64,000 nt of DNA, taken from Pristiophorus japonicus (lineage: Eukaryota). Each line of letters starts with the position of its first letter. Positions within the stretch are counted from its first letter, which is position 1. A program made the position numbers and the translations under genes. This document shows positions 12,476 to 25,731 of the stretch, one piece after another. A model generated the notes under the pieces. It had not been told where the DNA came from. It was given only the letters and a program-made list of their open reading frames with translations, and searched no databases. The stretch is from contig NC_091981.1 in NCBI RefSeq assembly GCF_044704955.1, positions 142,662,001-142,726,000 of the forward strand, given 5' to 3'.

Positions 12476-13129
12476 GTAGATGTTTCGTGGACCACGCTGA
12501 CTGCTGTCAAAACGCATAACCGAGGTTCTATTTTCCTGAATATTTTCATTCATAACCGTTCTTCGGGAGATTAAGCATGCGATCCGCGATAGAGTAGGTT
12601 TTACATCAATTGTAAAAGGAGCAGGTTTAAAGATCGAATTATATTTTCCTATTCCATGCTTATTTATGTAATTATTGACTTTAAAAGAGCTCAGAAATGC
12701 ACATATCGAAGCTAGTCTTTTCTCCACAAAGTCCACCACACAAAAGAAAAAATGCGGTAACATGCTGATTGCTCAGACACCTCTTTTCATGTTAAGCCTT
12801 CTGCTTTCTTTTGAGTTCTCGTATTCCATATCAGTAATACTAATTCTAAAAGAAGTTTTGATCATCCTACTTTTACTGCTAATTCATCGTTGAAAAACTA
12901 GTGGGAGTACCAAAAGAAATTGTACAAGCAATGAGAGAATGCAGTAATAAAAATAGCCGCCAGAGGACAGCACTTGAACAGAATAATATAGTAAATCATA
13001 ATTTTAACACAAATAGAACAAAGCTATCGATAGCCCTTTGTCATTGATCAATGGTCAACATGAGCCATCTTTTGTATTTATTTTAGATAAACATTTTATT
13101 CTGTTAACAGATAGGAATGTTGTGTTTGT

Positions 13130-13340
13130 TTTTGTCCTGGCCAATATTTATCCCTCAATCAACATAACAAAAGCAGATTATCTGGTCATTATCACATTGC
13201 TGTTTGTGGGTGTTTGCTGTGCGCAAGTTGGCTGCCGCGTTTATCATATTACAATAGTGACTACACACCAAAAGTACTTCATTAGCTGTAAAGTGCTTTG
13301 AGATGTCCGGTGGCTATATAAATGCAAGTCTTTCCTTTTC
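13130..13340 (+). mobile_element. DeuSINE (SacSINE1-like) 3' half
   Basis: gtcctggccaatatttatccctcaa...gattatctggtcattatcacattgctgtttgtggg...gctatataaatgcaagtcttt. A paralogous copy lies at 15190-15470. Confidence 0.75.
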
Positions 13341-13589
13341 TTTTAATACTTTCTATCTGCTTCTGGTTAAAAGTATGTTTATGTTAATTGACTATTCTGC
13401 ATTTTCAGAAAATATATGAAAATTGGCACTTAACATATTTTACATCAATGTTTATTATAAAACTATAAAAATCATGTAAACCTTACTAAAAAGTAATATA
13501 AAATCATTTCACTTTATGGATCTTCAGATGTGAACAGATGCTCAGATGAAGGGCTGTTATTTGAGTTGTGATTCTTGACTTGTGATAAG

Positions 13590-14270
13590 TATGTGGGCAG
13601 ATAAAATTTAATGCAGACAGGTGCAAAGTACTGTACATAGAATGGAAAAGAAAGCAATACACATACTCCACAAATGGTGTTGAAATAGCTGAGGATAAAG
13701 TGGAAAGGAGCCTAGGAGACTTAGTAGGCTTCAGTCAAAACATGTTCAACCAACGTAAAGCAGCAATCAACAAAACAAATAGAATATTGAACTATATAGC
13801 CAAAACAGTTGACTATAAGTCAGAGGAAGCCGTGATTAAACTGTACAGTGCTCTGGTCAGACTGCACCTTGAGTACTGTGCCCATTTCTGGTCACTGAGA
13901 CACAAGGGAAGGATTCAAGTGCTGGAGTCAGTGCTGAGAAGAGCCACAAGGCTGATCCCAGTGTCAGGGGTATAAGGATATGAGAAAAAAAGTGTGAGAG
14001 GTGATCTTTTGAGGTGTACAAGACAGTAAATGGTACATTAGAATATTATGTTAAATTAAATTGTGGGAGTAAGACAAGGGGACACAGGTTCAAATTAGTT
14101 AAAGGTAACTTTAGGACTGATATCAGGAAGTTCTTCTTCACACCGAGAGTGATCAACACTTGGAATGGACTTCTGGGTAGAGTGGTGGAGGCAAAAACCC
14201 AGGATGTATCCATCTGCATGGATGAAATTATATGGGCTGAATATTTTCCTTCATCTGTAATTAGCTTGTG
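13590..14270 (+). mobile_element. Old CR1 LINE 3' fragment
   Basis: LYSALVRLHLEYCAHFWS, TRGHRFKL and KFFFTPRVINTWNGL. Confidence 0.8.
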
Positions 14271-15189
14271 ATTTTTTTTCCTTCTTTAAGTTAATAGTAT
14301 TTTCCCTCCAACTTGTTTTGGAATGATTTGTGCAGTGTTGATTTTTATGCATGTGCATTTTCATTAAGTAATGTTATTTCTAAGATTAATAGTGGAAATA
14401 ATTGATAGTTGATTTGTCTGAAAGCAACATTAAGACATTGTTTTGCCGCCATGTATATGCAATTAGTGAATGGTGTACCAGCTTTTCAATGTGACACAGT
14501 TTGTCAGCCTGAGTACACTTCAGACTAACTATTGTTTCCCCTGTGGCTTTTTTATGGTTGATCTGTAATTTTAAAGATTAATAAAATGTTTACTTGCAAA
14601 CTCACTTAGAAAACAATGAAAACTTTTTTTAATAGAGGCAGTCATTTTGAAATTAGCTAAAACTATTTTTCTACAATATATTGCTGTTATTTTGTCTGTT
14701 ATTTTTGTCGGAGTTTGTGCCAGCATACTGGGAAAGAGAAATGTTTAACAACTACTACAATCTGTAACAAGATGTGCTATTTCCCCAAACATGCACTGTT
14801 TGTCTTGAAAATATCTTCTGTTAGCTTTCAGATAGAAGTTCAACATTTTATTTCCTGTGGTCAATGGAAACAGAATGACATTTTCACCAGCAACCTCTGG
14901 TTTTGATTTAATAGTATTTTTCAACAGTCAGAGCTGTTCTGTCTTGCACAGTTTGATTTATGTCTTTTTCACACAATAATTGTGTCAGTGCATGAGAACA
15001 TTAAAGATCAACCATCTTGCAAGGAGATAATGCAATATGTATACATTTAAAAAAATATATTGCCACTATATTAAGACTGCTTACTCTATCATTATTGATA
15101 AATGATGCTGGATATGCATTTAGACAAGTTCAAAAGATATCTGGCAAAATGCTATAAATGTTAACATTGTAAGTTAACATTATATTTTT

Positions 15190-15470
15190 GAGATGAGACA
15201 TTAAGCTAAGGTCCATCTATAGCGTGGATATAAAAGACCCTGTGATACTATTCAAAGAAGAGCAGGGAAGTTCTCCCGGTGTCCTGGCCACTATTTAACC
15301 CTCAATCAACATCACTAAAAGAAAATAGATTAACTGGTCATTAATGTCATTGCTGTTTGTCGGACCATATTTCCCTACATTACAACAGTAACTATACTTC
15401 AATAATACTTCATTGGCTCTGAAGCACTTTGTAATGTCCTGAGATGAAAGACGCTATACAACTGCAATTT
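15190..15470 (+). mobile_element. DeuSINE (SacSINE1-like) with Deu domain
   Basis: gatgagacattaa...aagaagagcagggaagttctcccggtgtcctggcc... matches the recalled Deu-domain consensus, and its tail matches the 13.1 kb copy. Confidence 0.75.
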
Positions 15471-16799
15471 TTTTTCTTGTTATTTCACAAACATCTGAGT
15501 CCTATTATTTAGTTGTCTTGGAATTATAACCGGCAGTGTGCTATCTACCCTTTGATCATAAATACAATGCAGTTTCCACATCTGAGGTTTTTTGGATATG
15601 AATGAAGAAAAAATATGTATTTGAATTTTATGCTCACCAAAATGAGTAATTCAATTACTGCGAGAGCAACACATTTGTTTTCCTCCATGATGCATCAATT
15701 GCTTCTCTACTCTTCTGAAGTGCTCCATTCATGTCACAGTTCTATGGAAACTGGTAGTTTTCTAGTATCTCGCCCATTCTTCATGTGTGTGTTTTGAATG
15801 TGTCAGCAAATTACTTGACCAATCTTCATTACACCAAAGCTCAATCCTAACTTCACTTAATGTTAATAGGTGCCCAACTTCCAGTGGGAACTATAAGTGA
15901 CTTTCTCCCTCCCTGGGCTGAGTCCAATAATAACAATGCCACAAACAAAATCGGCTAGCTCAACACAGATCAAGAGTTAAACTTAGTTTGTTTGCTTCAG
16001 TGTTATGGCACATGGTGCATTTACACACAGAGGCATTGAGCAAGCTGATATTTGCATTCTTTAAGTATTATAATTCTTACATTTATACTATTTACATTGA
16101 AATTACATTCAAAAGTTAAATGCCTTTAATAAATGTTTAAAGAAACAGAACGCTTTAATTAGTTTAAATAAATATAAATTACCATCACTCTGTCAGAGAG
16201 TATTGTTTAAATTATTTTATTATTGTACAATTTATATAAGGTTCTGGCCCACTCTGAGAGACCTGGAGATCCACACTGAATTAGTGTCTCATACAAGAAA
16301 TTAAGCGATGAAATAAAGCAAATATTAAAGGCCTTTGATGTCATTTTAAAACTGTTTTATCTATTTTTATTGGATTGAGGTAGGATTCAATTGTCAGGAT
16401 TATGAAGCACCTGATACTGTACTATTTTCATCAAGTGACAGGCTGACTGGTGTTAAGGCAAAAATCTCATTCTGTGATACTGAAAATATGTAGATAGTAT
16501 TATGTGAAAATAATTATAATAACCAGCTTGGTACAATTTGTAAAGTTATTTAGATTGATATTACAGCCATTATCGCACATGTAATTAAATATAAAATAGG
16601 TTACAATTATAAGAATGATTCCTGATTAAAATGAATATTATGCACTGTATGGTAGGATTTGTAAAACATGTCATGTGCATATAATGCATAACTTTGGAAA
16701 TTCACCATACGTCATATACCACAAGGGTTCTGTCTCTTTAAGGGCATTACAAAGGAAATATTTCACAATGTGAAAGACGAGAAGTGTGAAATTTGAAAC

Positions 16800-16935
16800 T
16801 GACATAATTTGCATATATCACACTTCTACGTGTGTGATCTGGCCTGCTATTGGTTACCAGGATATGTGTGTATGTTTCCTTTTTCAAGCTTCACTGTTTC
16901 CACTTGAATGAATGCCAAGGAGCTTTATAAAAAGG
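16800..16935 (+). promoter_or_regulatory. SOSTDC1 proximal promoter
   Basis: TATAAAA at 16926-16932 (80 nt before the ATG), inverted CCAAT at 16849-16853, octamer ATTTGCAT at 16807-16814. Confidence 0.7.
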
Positions 16936-17005
16936 GAGGCACAGAAACTCCTCGTTAAAATCTGCAGTGTTACAACCAGGTCTTCACCCTGAGAGTTCTG
17001 GAGCC

Positions 17006-17225
17006 ATGATCTCACAGCCGTTTCATTGCACTTTCTTTGTGATAGCATGCATTTTTTTCAAATGCTGCTTTGCTTTTGACAAGGGTGCTGAACAAACCAA
17101 AAATGATGCTACAGAAATATTCTACAATCACAAGATGCTACAACATGAAAATCCAAGTAATTTAACATTAAATCAGGCAAGGAATGGAGGACGGCAACGT
17201 AACCCTTCAGATTTGGATCGTAATG
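17006..17225 (+). CDS. SOSTDC1: SOSTDC1 (Wise/USAG-1/ectodin) exon 1: signal peptide and N-terminal arm
   Basis: Kozak gccATG; MISQPFHCTFFVIACIFFKCCFAF...KNDATEI...NLTLNQARNGGR...LDRN; phase-1 donor G|GTACGT at 17226. Confidence 0.95.
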
Positions 17226-18682
17226 GTACGTTTTATACGTTTTAAGGAATATTCTCTTTGCTTTCAAAAGTTTTTTTCTGTTATAGGCATGTCTAACCAA
17301 TAGCATGAGATTGTTAGACTTGTAACATCACAGGACTTTATTTTTCCAGAAATTAACATAAGTTTAGATTTACGCACAAAAATGCATAGTTGCATTATAT
17401 ATATATAATGTCGTTTATTGATATAAACATATAACATAAGTAAATCTTATTTTATATAATGAAAGTCTATGATGCACTAAATTATGCATATAAAAAGGTT
17501 TTAAAACGGAAAAAAATAATTGAATGAGAGCTGAGAAAAGAGGCACTAACACTGTGTGTAAAAATATAATTAAAGCTTCCTCAACGTACAGTTTCCAGGA
17601 AATTGCACTGTCATTTTTTTCAAATCTTTCCAAAGTATTAAACTGTCTATGACTCTAAAATACATAATTGTTATATAACTGTTTTAGTTATTTTCCTTGA
17701 GGTTGTTCAAACATAGACCAACTTTTGGGCAGGTTTGTGAGAAGCAGACATACATTCTGATCAATGCATGAAGGTTTCAAGTAGCATTTGAATGTTCAGC
17801 TAGTTTTCAGTTACAGTTACTAGGATTACATGCACTATCATGCCGGCTAAACTTGAAATCAACCTATCTTTGCACTGCCTTCAAAGGAACCGATAGCACA
17901 TATATGGCACTGCTTCTGCCACAGATGTCGGCAGAATTTCAGTGAATTTATTCCAAATTGAAAGGAGTGCTCAAATCAGATTAATGTGTCAGTACAAACC
18001 AACTCAACAGGAGCAATTACTGTGATTTATCAGCATAGCTTTCTAAATTTAATTGATTAATTTTCCAATGATGTATATTTATATTAGGGTAGGCTACATT
18101 TAATTTAAGTCAGAACTTAACGATAAATTGCCAAGAGCACGCAATAGAAACGCAGAATCAAGAACATGAATAAATATACTTATTGTTGAAGTATTTTCTT
18201 TTGTGCCTTTAATAACTTTCAAAGTGAAAAGAGCTTGGAAAATAACAAATAAAATAAATGGCAAGTCCAACTAATGCTTGACATTCACCCCACATTCTGA
18301 AAATCAGTTAAAAGTTTCACGGCTATTTGGTTACAAGCCAGTTTTAAGTACTGGAAGCATATCTGAAAAACATGTCTTTGTACATCTAAAAAGACTCACA
18401 TCTTTATTGCAACAGATTTTTTTAAGCATTTGGTTTATCATAAACATCAGAAAGTTAAATATTTGATCTCTATTTGATAATTAGAAAAGATGTATTCAGC
18501 TTCAAAACAATATAATGCACTTCCTGAGGAACCTACAATGCAAGAAACACAATGAAAATTTTCAAACAACCGAGAATTTTATGGTTAAGATTTATAGTGG
18601 TTATTACAATTGAGTTTTGTTTTGTGATTTATAGTAAAAGTGAATTCTATGTAAAACATAATTTGTTCTCTTTGAAATGCAG

Positions 18683-19131
18683 ATCGATCTCAAGTTGGCT
18701 GTCGTGAGCTGAGATCAACCAAATACATTTCTGATGGTCTGTGTACCAGTATTAATCCAGTGAAGGAGTTAGTGTGCGCTGGGGAGTGCTTACCTGTGCC
18801 AGTACTTCCCAACTGGATTGGAGGTTTTGGAAGGAAATACTGGAGCAGGAGGAATACACAGGAGTGGCGCTGTGTGACTGACAAGACTCGTACTGAGAGG
18901 ATTCAGCTCCAGTGCCAGAATGGTGGGACACGAACCTACAAAATCACCGTAGTTACTTCATGCAAGTGCAAGAAATACACACGCCAGCACAATGAATCGG
19001 GCAATGCCAATTTTGAGGAGTCATTGCCAGCAAACAAGAGAAGATCCAGAGGCAAAAAAAGGTCCCGTAGGATTCACCAAAAGGAGACAAAGCATAAAAC
19101 AAATTGGCATGAATTGGAAGATAAACAGTGA
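18683..19131 (+). CDS. SOSTDC1: SOSTDC1 exon 2: cystine knot and basic tail
   Basis: Acceptor ttgaaatgcAG, in frame with exon 1. QVGCRELRSTKYISDG...LVCAGECLP.PVLPNWIGG..KYWSRR..QEWRC...CKCK.YTRQHNES has 8 cysteines. The spliced product is 669 nt (222 aa). Confidence 0.96.
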
Positions 19132-20493
19132 TTTTTTTTTGTCACCAAATGAACAATACTGTGCCTGTGTTGGTGTTCTGCATTTATTAAACATTTATTA
19201 TTCCATATGTGTTAGGTATAATTAATTAAAGAAGGATTAGTGTTATGGTCCAGCAGATAAGTATTATCCATCAGGAATCCTGATTTAAAACATGTATCCT
19301 TAGGATCCTGGATACAATAATGTTTTCAATAGCATTCCTTACTGTGCACCTTTCACTTAAAAATGGTTTCAAAAAGATACCAGCACCAATTTTGAATGCT
19401 TAATAAAATAAAAATATAATAAATGGATGTGGAATAAATAAGTTACTCAACAATGATTCAAACTAATTCAGATTACAGTTCTCACTGGTTGGATAAATCA
19501 AGCCAGGAATCATATTGGTTCCAAATTTTATGGTGAATAGTATTTTTCATCAAATCAATTGGTAACAGTTTACTCTATGTAGATAGATATTTTTGAATGA
19601 AATTCTAATCTGCCTGGGGCCACACATATGATATTAAATATGTTATTCTCAAATCTTTTGTGCATTTATAAATGTGCATTAGTGCATTCGTCTTTAATGC
19701 TGAACAAGAGGTAGTACAAGGGTACGGAATAAATACATTGGTCAATGATGATAGTTCAATTTATTCAACCCCCCAGTAAAAAATTATACCCATTTTTGTT
19801 CTCCGTCTGGAAACAAGGTTCATTTAACACCAAACCTATCTAACCCTGATTCTAATTTCAACTGTTAAGGCAACAACACCCAAATGTTTATTGAATGACA
19901 AGGATTATATAAGCTGAACCTCTGATTAAATTTGATGAGGGGACGTTTCAGCAGTTAAAAGAGCATTTGTTATCTATTTATTTTTTCAATGTAATTATTT
20001 AATAAACAGTTACATTTGGTACTAGAGAATTATTCAGCATAAGTTTTTATGGTTTTATCATGTATCTAAATATTTTCAAGTTTTGCAGTCGGAGATCGGA
20101 ATATAAATGCAAATATTGTGGTGTACACTTTGTACAGCTAATAGCATTCTTGCGATTCAAATTTTCCAGTTTTATTTTAGGCTCTTTGTTGCAGGGTTCA
20201 TAAGAATATGGAACACTATAAAATTAGCTTTGCTTAATCAATAAATGAAATGCAAAGGATTGTTATCTTCTATAGAAATCCACTATTCTGATTTAAACAG
20301 ACTTTTTTTGTCTTTTAATGTCTTCCACTGATGTCATATGCTTTCTCACAAGAATAAAATTATAGGAAATGAATCAATGAAGTCACACCTTCTCTGTCCA
20401 TTTCATCTGTACGTTCATCTGTTCCAATTATAGGTCTAGAGGTCACATCAATTGCATTCTGGTTTCTAAGAATTATGGACTATTCTGAACAAT

Positions 20494-21481
20494 GGGGGAC
20501 ATTTTTCAAGGGATCAGTGGGCGCATTCGGTGGTGAGTTGAGTGGGAAAAAAAAAATGTTTTCACAGCGGGTCGTGCCAACCCACCTTTCCCACATGTCG
20601 GGTCTGTCAACTGTGAACTGACACAACATGCAGTGGCGGGGGAGGCAATTCAGGTCATTATGACTTTGTTAACAACCCATTAATCCAGTGTCACCTCCTT
20701 GGAACAGCCTCTCTCACCAGTGACAGACCGCTTCTGTCATCTCAAGTTCACCTACCATCTATAACATCAGCATCGGTGCCCTTGAAGTTATCTCACCTTG
20801 GTAGCTAGTGAGATGGGGAAGTGATAATGTAGATAGAGAAAGAGGGATGGGTGGAGATGCAAGATAAGTTAGTGTGAGTAAGGATCTGCAGGTGTAGGGT
20901 AGGGAAGGCAGAGTGATGGGGATGCGATGAGTGGCACAGCAGGATGAGGTTGAGTGTGGCTTTGCAGTAATGTTTTGTGATCTACTGAGATCATTGAAAG
21001 GTTTGCACCACTGCAGCTTGGTCCTCCTGATGACATCCCTGCTTTTGCCCATCTCTATAATATGCAACCAGGCCACGTTGATCTCATGGGGAGGTCTTTT
21101 CCACCCATTGGAAGGGAAGAGAAGGTCCCTGCGTGCTGTGAGTCCCTCCATATGGGAATCATGGGGGAGTCTGGGTGCAGCCGTGTACTTCTGTGCAGTG
21201 CTTGTCAGTGTTTGTAACATCTCAATGCTGTAGAACACTGACAGCACAACTGTCAAAATTAATCTGAGCATGGTCCCTTTAAGGAAACTCGCTGATGACG
21301 CATCGTCAAATGACGTCATCAGATCCGCTTCCTTCAATTGGCCGGCAAACGTGTTGGACGGCTTTACAAGCCCAATCAAGGGAAAATCATTTTGGACAAA
21401 TGGCTGGAGCCAGCAGCGAGGCCGGGACCAGCAACTGACGTTGCCTGCCACGGACCCGCCGAGGTAGGGGGAATCGCGGCT
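20494..21481 (-). mobile_element. Degenerate Harbinger fragment with a Myb/SANT-like ORF remnant
   Basis: ORF 20759-21571 contains AAPRL...RRDLLFPSNGWKRP...AWLHI...RRTKLQWCKPFNDLSRS, the same motif string as the Myb exons at about 34.0 and 42.3 kb. Boundaries are approximate. Confidence 0.6.
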
Positions 21482-21529
21482 ATTATATTTCAGCTTATGT
21501 AAACAAAATAATAAAACTTTAAAGTTATA

Positions 21530-22121
21530 GGGTCCGAATTTGGTCAAGGCCTCCGCCCGCCCAAGAGCCACCCAAATGCCTTAATGGTCGCTGAGGTACC
21601 TGATGGCACTTTCGGCGGGGATTTCATCGACGAGGTCCCTCGAAGGTCGGTGGCAAATGAACAATGTACGGCACCAATCTGTGCGGCAGCGGGCGGGAGC
21701 TCTCATTCTCGGCGGCAGAGGCACTTGCTGCTCAAGTGCCACCGAGGATGGAGTCGGGCCCACGGAGGGTCGAACATCTGAAAATAAAAATCATCAGGAA
21801 AAAATAAAAAAAACTATTGGAAGACCTTCAGGAGACCCCATCTAGGTAAGTCGCTGTGGAAAAAAATGTACACTAACCTTTTCTTCGGGATCTTCAGACT
21901 TACCATCGAGGACAGACCAGCCTCCAGCCAGCCCTGTTCGCACGCATGAATATGGGAGCTCGGCAGGCAGAAGGCCATTTGCGCCAGTCGGCCGTCCGCT
22001 GATGGTTCCTGGCAGCTCTCCCCACCCACCCGCTCCAGGCCACGTCGAAAGTGGCACTGGGCGAATCTTGCAGAGGAATGTCAGCGGCAGTGGGCGGTAA
22101 GTTGATCATATATTCGGCCCC
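21530..22121. mobile_element. Harbinger-like MITE (592 bp)
   Basis: TIRs GGGTCCGAAT / ATTCGGCCCC with a 3-bp TSD ATA on both sides. Confidence 0.8.
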
Positions 22122-22212
22122 ATACATTCATCTTGATCTTAGGACTCCCACATTGCCATTTCAGGTAAACTTTCATCAACTTTAATAGAAAATAATTGTG
22201 CCAGTTTTTCAA

Positions 22213-22800
22213 TCATAGAATCATAGAAATTTACAGCACGGAAGAAGGCCATTTTGGCCCATCGTGTCCGTGCCGGCCGACCAAGAGCTATCTAGCCTAA
22301 TCCCATTTTCCAGCTCTTGGACCGTAGCCCTGTAGGTTATGGCACTTTACGTGCACATCCAAGTATCTTTTAAATGAGGTGAGGGTTTCTGCCTCTTCCA
22401 CCCTTTCAGGCAGTGAGTTCCAGACCCCCACCATCCTCTGGGTGAAGAAATTTCCCCTCATATCTCCTCTAAACCTCCCCCCAATTACTTTAAATCTATG
22501 TGCCCTGGTTGTTGACCCTCTGCTAAGGGAAATAGGTCCTTCCTATCCACTCTATCTACGCCCTCATAATTTTATACACCTCAATCAGGTCTCCCCTTAG
22601 CCTCCGCTGTTCCAAAGAAAACAGACTCAGCATCTCCAATCTTTCCTCATAGCCAGAATTCTCCAGTCCAGGCAACAATCTTGTAAATCTCCTCTGCACC
22701 CTTTCCAGTGCAATCACATCTTTCCTGTAATGTGGTGACCAGAAATGCACACAGTACTCCAGCTGCAGCCTAACCAGTGTTTTATACAATTCAAGCATAA
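22213..22800 (-). mobile_element. CR1 LINE 3' end
   Basis: LYKTLVRLQLEYCVHFWSPHYRKDVIALERVQRRFTRL...RGDLIEVYKIM; (ATTCTATG)-type tail at about 22213. Confidence 0.88.
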
Positions 22801-25731
22801 GAGCTGACATGAATATAAAACAACAATGATGTCTGGCAAGCTAATCCTTTGAAACCATATTGGGCAACTTGACCCATTAATGAACCTTGCACTCTAAAAG
22901 AAGAAAGAAGAGTTGCTAATAATAGGTGTTCAAACAACAGCATAACTGCAACATGTAATTAGTTGCATCAATCTATTTGAACATATAAAGAAATGAAAAC
23001 TGCACTTTTTCAGTTTTGCTGCACAGCAAATTCCATTCGAATCCTCATTCGCTCTCTTACCATGCTTGCTCCAGTCCCATGCTGTTAATTTTCTAAAGAA
23101 TATTTACCATAAAACCATGCTTACAAACGAAGGATGGTTCACGATTATGTATCAAAATGGTTTAATTATCCACATACTGGATAATATTGTAGGAATTAGT
23201 TTGGAACTTGTGTGCATGGATGGGATTTTTAATATAATAATGTAATACTGCTAAAGTCATTTATTACTTTTCCATTTCAATACTCTAAAGCAATTTTTCA
23301 AAAACAAAAATTGATTGTTTTTTTGTTGCTCATTGCATAGTGAGGGTGGTAGATGCCAGAGTAAAAACACTGTTGAGCTGCAGAGGATTTAACAGGTCCA
23401 ACTAAAGTTCAATCTGTCTGGGCACTCTGGTTGCAATTAATTTAGCAATGGGAACTGACTTTCTCCAGATTGTCTTTTGTGCCTTTCTCAGGAGGTAAGG
23501 AGTTGTACTGACTGAAGAACAAATTAAGTAGCCATTCCAGCCATGATCCTATCATCTTCCATAACTGAATCTAGGGAAACAAAATTGTACTTTCCTTAAT
23601 TGTCCACTAATTTAAAAGCAATATTGTATAACAACAGTCTTTACAGACTATAGCTATGATGCATCTCAAACTAACTTTACTCTATAAACAGTCACAAATA
23701 GAACATCTTCCATACAAAGCCAATCAAAAAGAGAGAAAAATGCTTTATGTAACTTGTAGTGGCCAAAGTGCGCATCAACCCAAACTGGGCAGTATAGCTG
23801 TGGAAGTTTGGATGGTGAGGCCTACCCCCACCTCTGTGCTCCAACCTCAAGTTTCCACTCCTATCCCAGCAGGGAAGGTCACTGGCCACTCCATCACCAT
23901 TGTATAAATGATAGAAGTGAGGTGGGGCCTGGGCAAGCCACATAATTTCCCCTTCTTCCGCAACTACTACCCCCGATCTTATTGACCAGCAGGAGGGGGA
24001 TGGCAGTAGCAGAAGGCCTCCTGAACTCTTCTTTGGAAATGGAAGGCCCACTCATAGGCATCTTTCCTCCCTTTTCTCAGGTCGCAAAAACGCACATCCT
24101 TTTCAGGTTTCACAGTCGGGCTCTCTCTTTTGCTGCTGAGGAGGCTACCAGGAGTTGGCCCTGCATATTTGAAGACCTCACACGCAGGAAACTGAGGTAG
24201 GATAATGGTGGGGACCCATCTGAGGCAGGTTGAGGGATATTCAGGCACTGATTGTTATTGTGCTTGTGATTTTGCTGTCAAATCTTCTAATCTCACCAAT
24301 TTAAAAAAAATGTCTCCTTTTTTAAACTTTTAAACAGATGTTCTTATTTTACAATTCCCATTTACTTCTCTCTATTTTTCTGTGAAATATGCTCTTGCAA
24401 ATTGGAGGAAAAAAAGTTTACCCACTTTGAGGTGAACTCACCTTTACCATTACAGGGAACAAGTCATCCACTCTTGATCAGAATATAGGGGGAGAAATTG
24501 GACTACTTTACACATCCCAGGGAGGGGGCACTAATGGGGCACAAATGACTTTGCGACTGGGCGTAGTGTTGTTAACGACTCCCGCTAAATTCGCCGGGAG
24601 TTTAGCAACAGTGTTACGGCGTTGTGCCCCAATCTCCTGTGCCCGGAGATCGTGATGTCATCACCGTGTGCATCGCCCCGTTTGCACCCTGGAAGAAAAA
24701 TTAGCTCTCACCGCCTGGTTGTGCGCCTACCGTTAACAACGACAGATTGAGCAGTCGGTTTCAGTCAGATATCGGCTGGAGGAGCGCAATTTAAAGGCGC
24801 CAGCATCCAGTTTACTTTTAGTCAGCCAATAATGCTTCCTTGTAAGTTTCAGATTGGCAGATAGGCCTTTTGACTGATTTGAGCGTTTTCCGGTTGAAGG
24901 AGTGCTCAGGCTCATAAAGATTTGTGAGTTTCATTGAGGTCAGATTTGAAAGCACTTTCATGGGGGCTGTGCTGGCACTGGGCCTCACCCTCCAGCATCA
25001 CGATCAGAGGCAAATGAAGAACAGAGAAAATGTGCAAAATGTGGCAAGAGGCAGGAGGGCAAACAGAGCTCTCAACAGGAGGCTTTACCCTCCCAGGGTA
25101 TTCCAGCATAAGTTCTCCTACATAAATTGCACTGAGGAACCGTGTGTTCGAAGGCTGTGCTGCAGCAAGGACGTGGTCACAGAGCTCTGTCTCCTCCTGC
25201 AACCAGACCTCGAGCTTCAAACCAGGGTGAGGACGGCACTCTCAGTGGCAGTCAAGGTCACCATCGCACTCAATTTCTATGCCAGTGGATCCTTCTAGGG
25301 TGCAACAGGAGACATCTCCAACATCTCCCAGTTTGCGTCCATTGCTGCATCCATGAGGACTCAGATGCTCTATACAGAAGGAGAAGGGACTACATTTCCT
25401 TCCCCATCACCAGACAGAAACAGTACGAGTGTGCATGTGGCTTTGCCAGGATAGCTGGCTTCCTCATGGTGCAGGGCATAACAATCCTGAGATATTCCGT
25501 AACCGCAAAGGCTACCACTCACTGAATGTGCAGTTGGTGTGCGACCACATATGCGGAATCCTCATTGTCAATGCCTGCTATCCTGGCAGCAATCTGGATG
25601 CATTCATCCTGTTCTGTGTCAGCTCTGTTCCAGCCAGCGCATCAAGCTTGCGGCTGGTTGCTGGGGAACAATGGCTATCCGCTCCCCACCTCACTCATGA
25701 CTCTCCTTCACAACCTCAATACTCGTGCTCA

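Noticed and set aside
15880-16040. Possible ancient tRNA-derived SINE remnant (also about 23340-23600)
   Set aside because: Too diverged to assign by eye; needs a profile HMM search.
16967-17245. ORF-track start at 16967 and stop at 17245 for SOSTDC1
   Set aside because: The ORF track uses a GTG start and reads into the intron. The ATG at 17006 and donor at 17226 fit homology and frame.
17006-19131. Calling the gene SOST
   Set aside because: Core residues (RSTKYISDG, CAGEC, PNWIGG, WSRR, HNES) match SOSTDC1 rather than SOST (HFTRYVTDG, CSGQC, PNAIG, HNQS).
20759-21571. 270-aa minus-strand ORF as a host or domesticated gene
   Set aside because: It crosses element boundaries and has a non-ATG start; only a decayed Harbinger Myb segment is recognisable.
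24960-25730. Host HARBI1 gene
   Set aside because: It has stops, frameshifts and TE insertions, and lies inside TIRs with a TSD, so it is a dead transposase.
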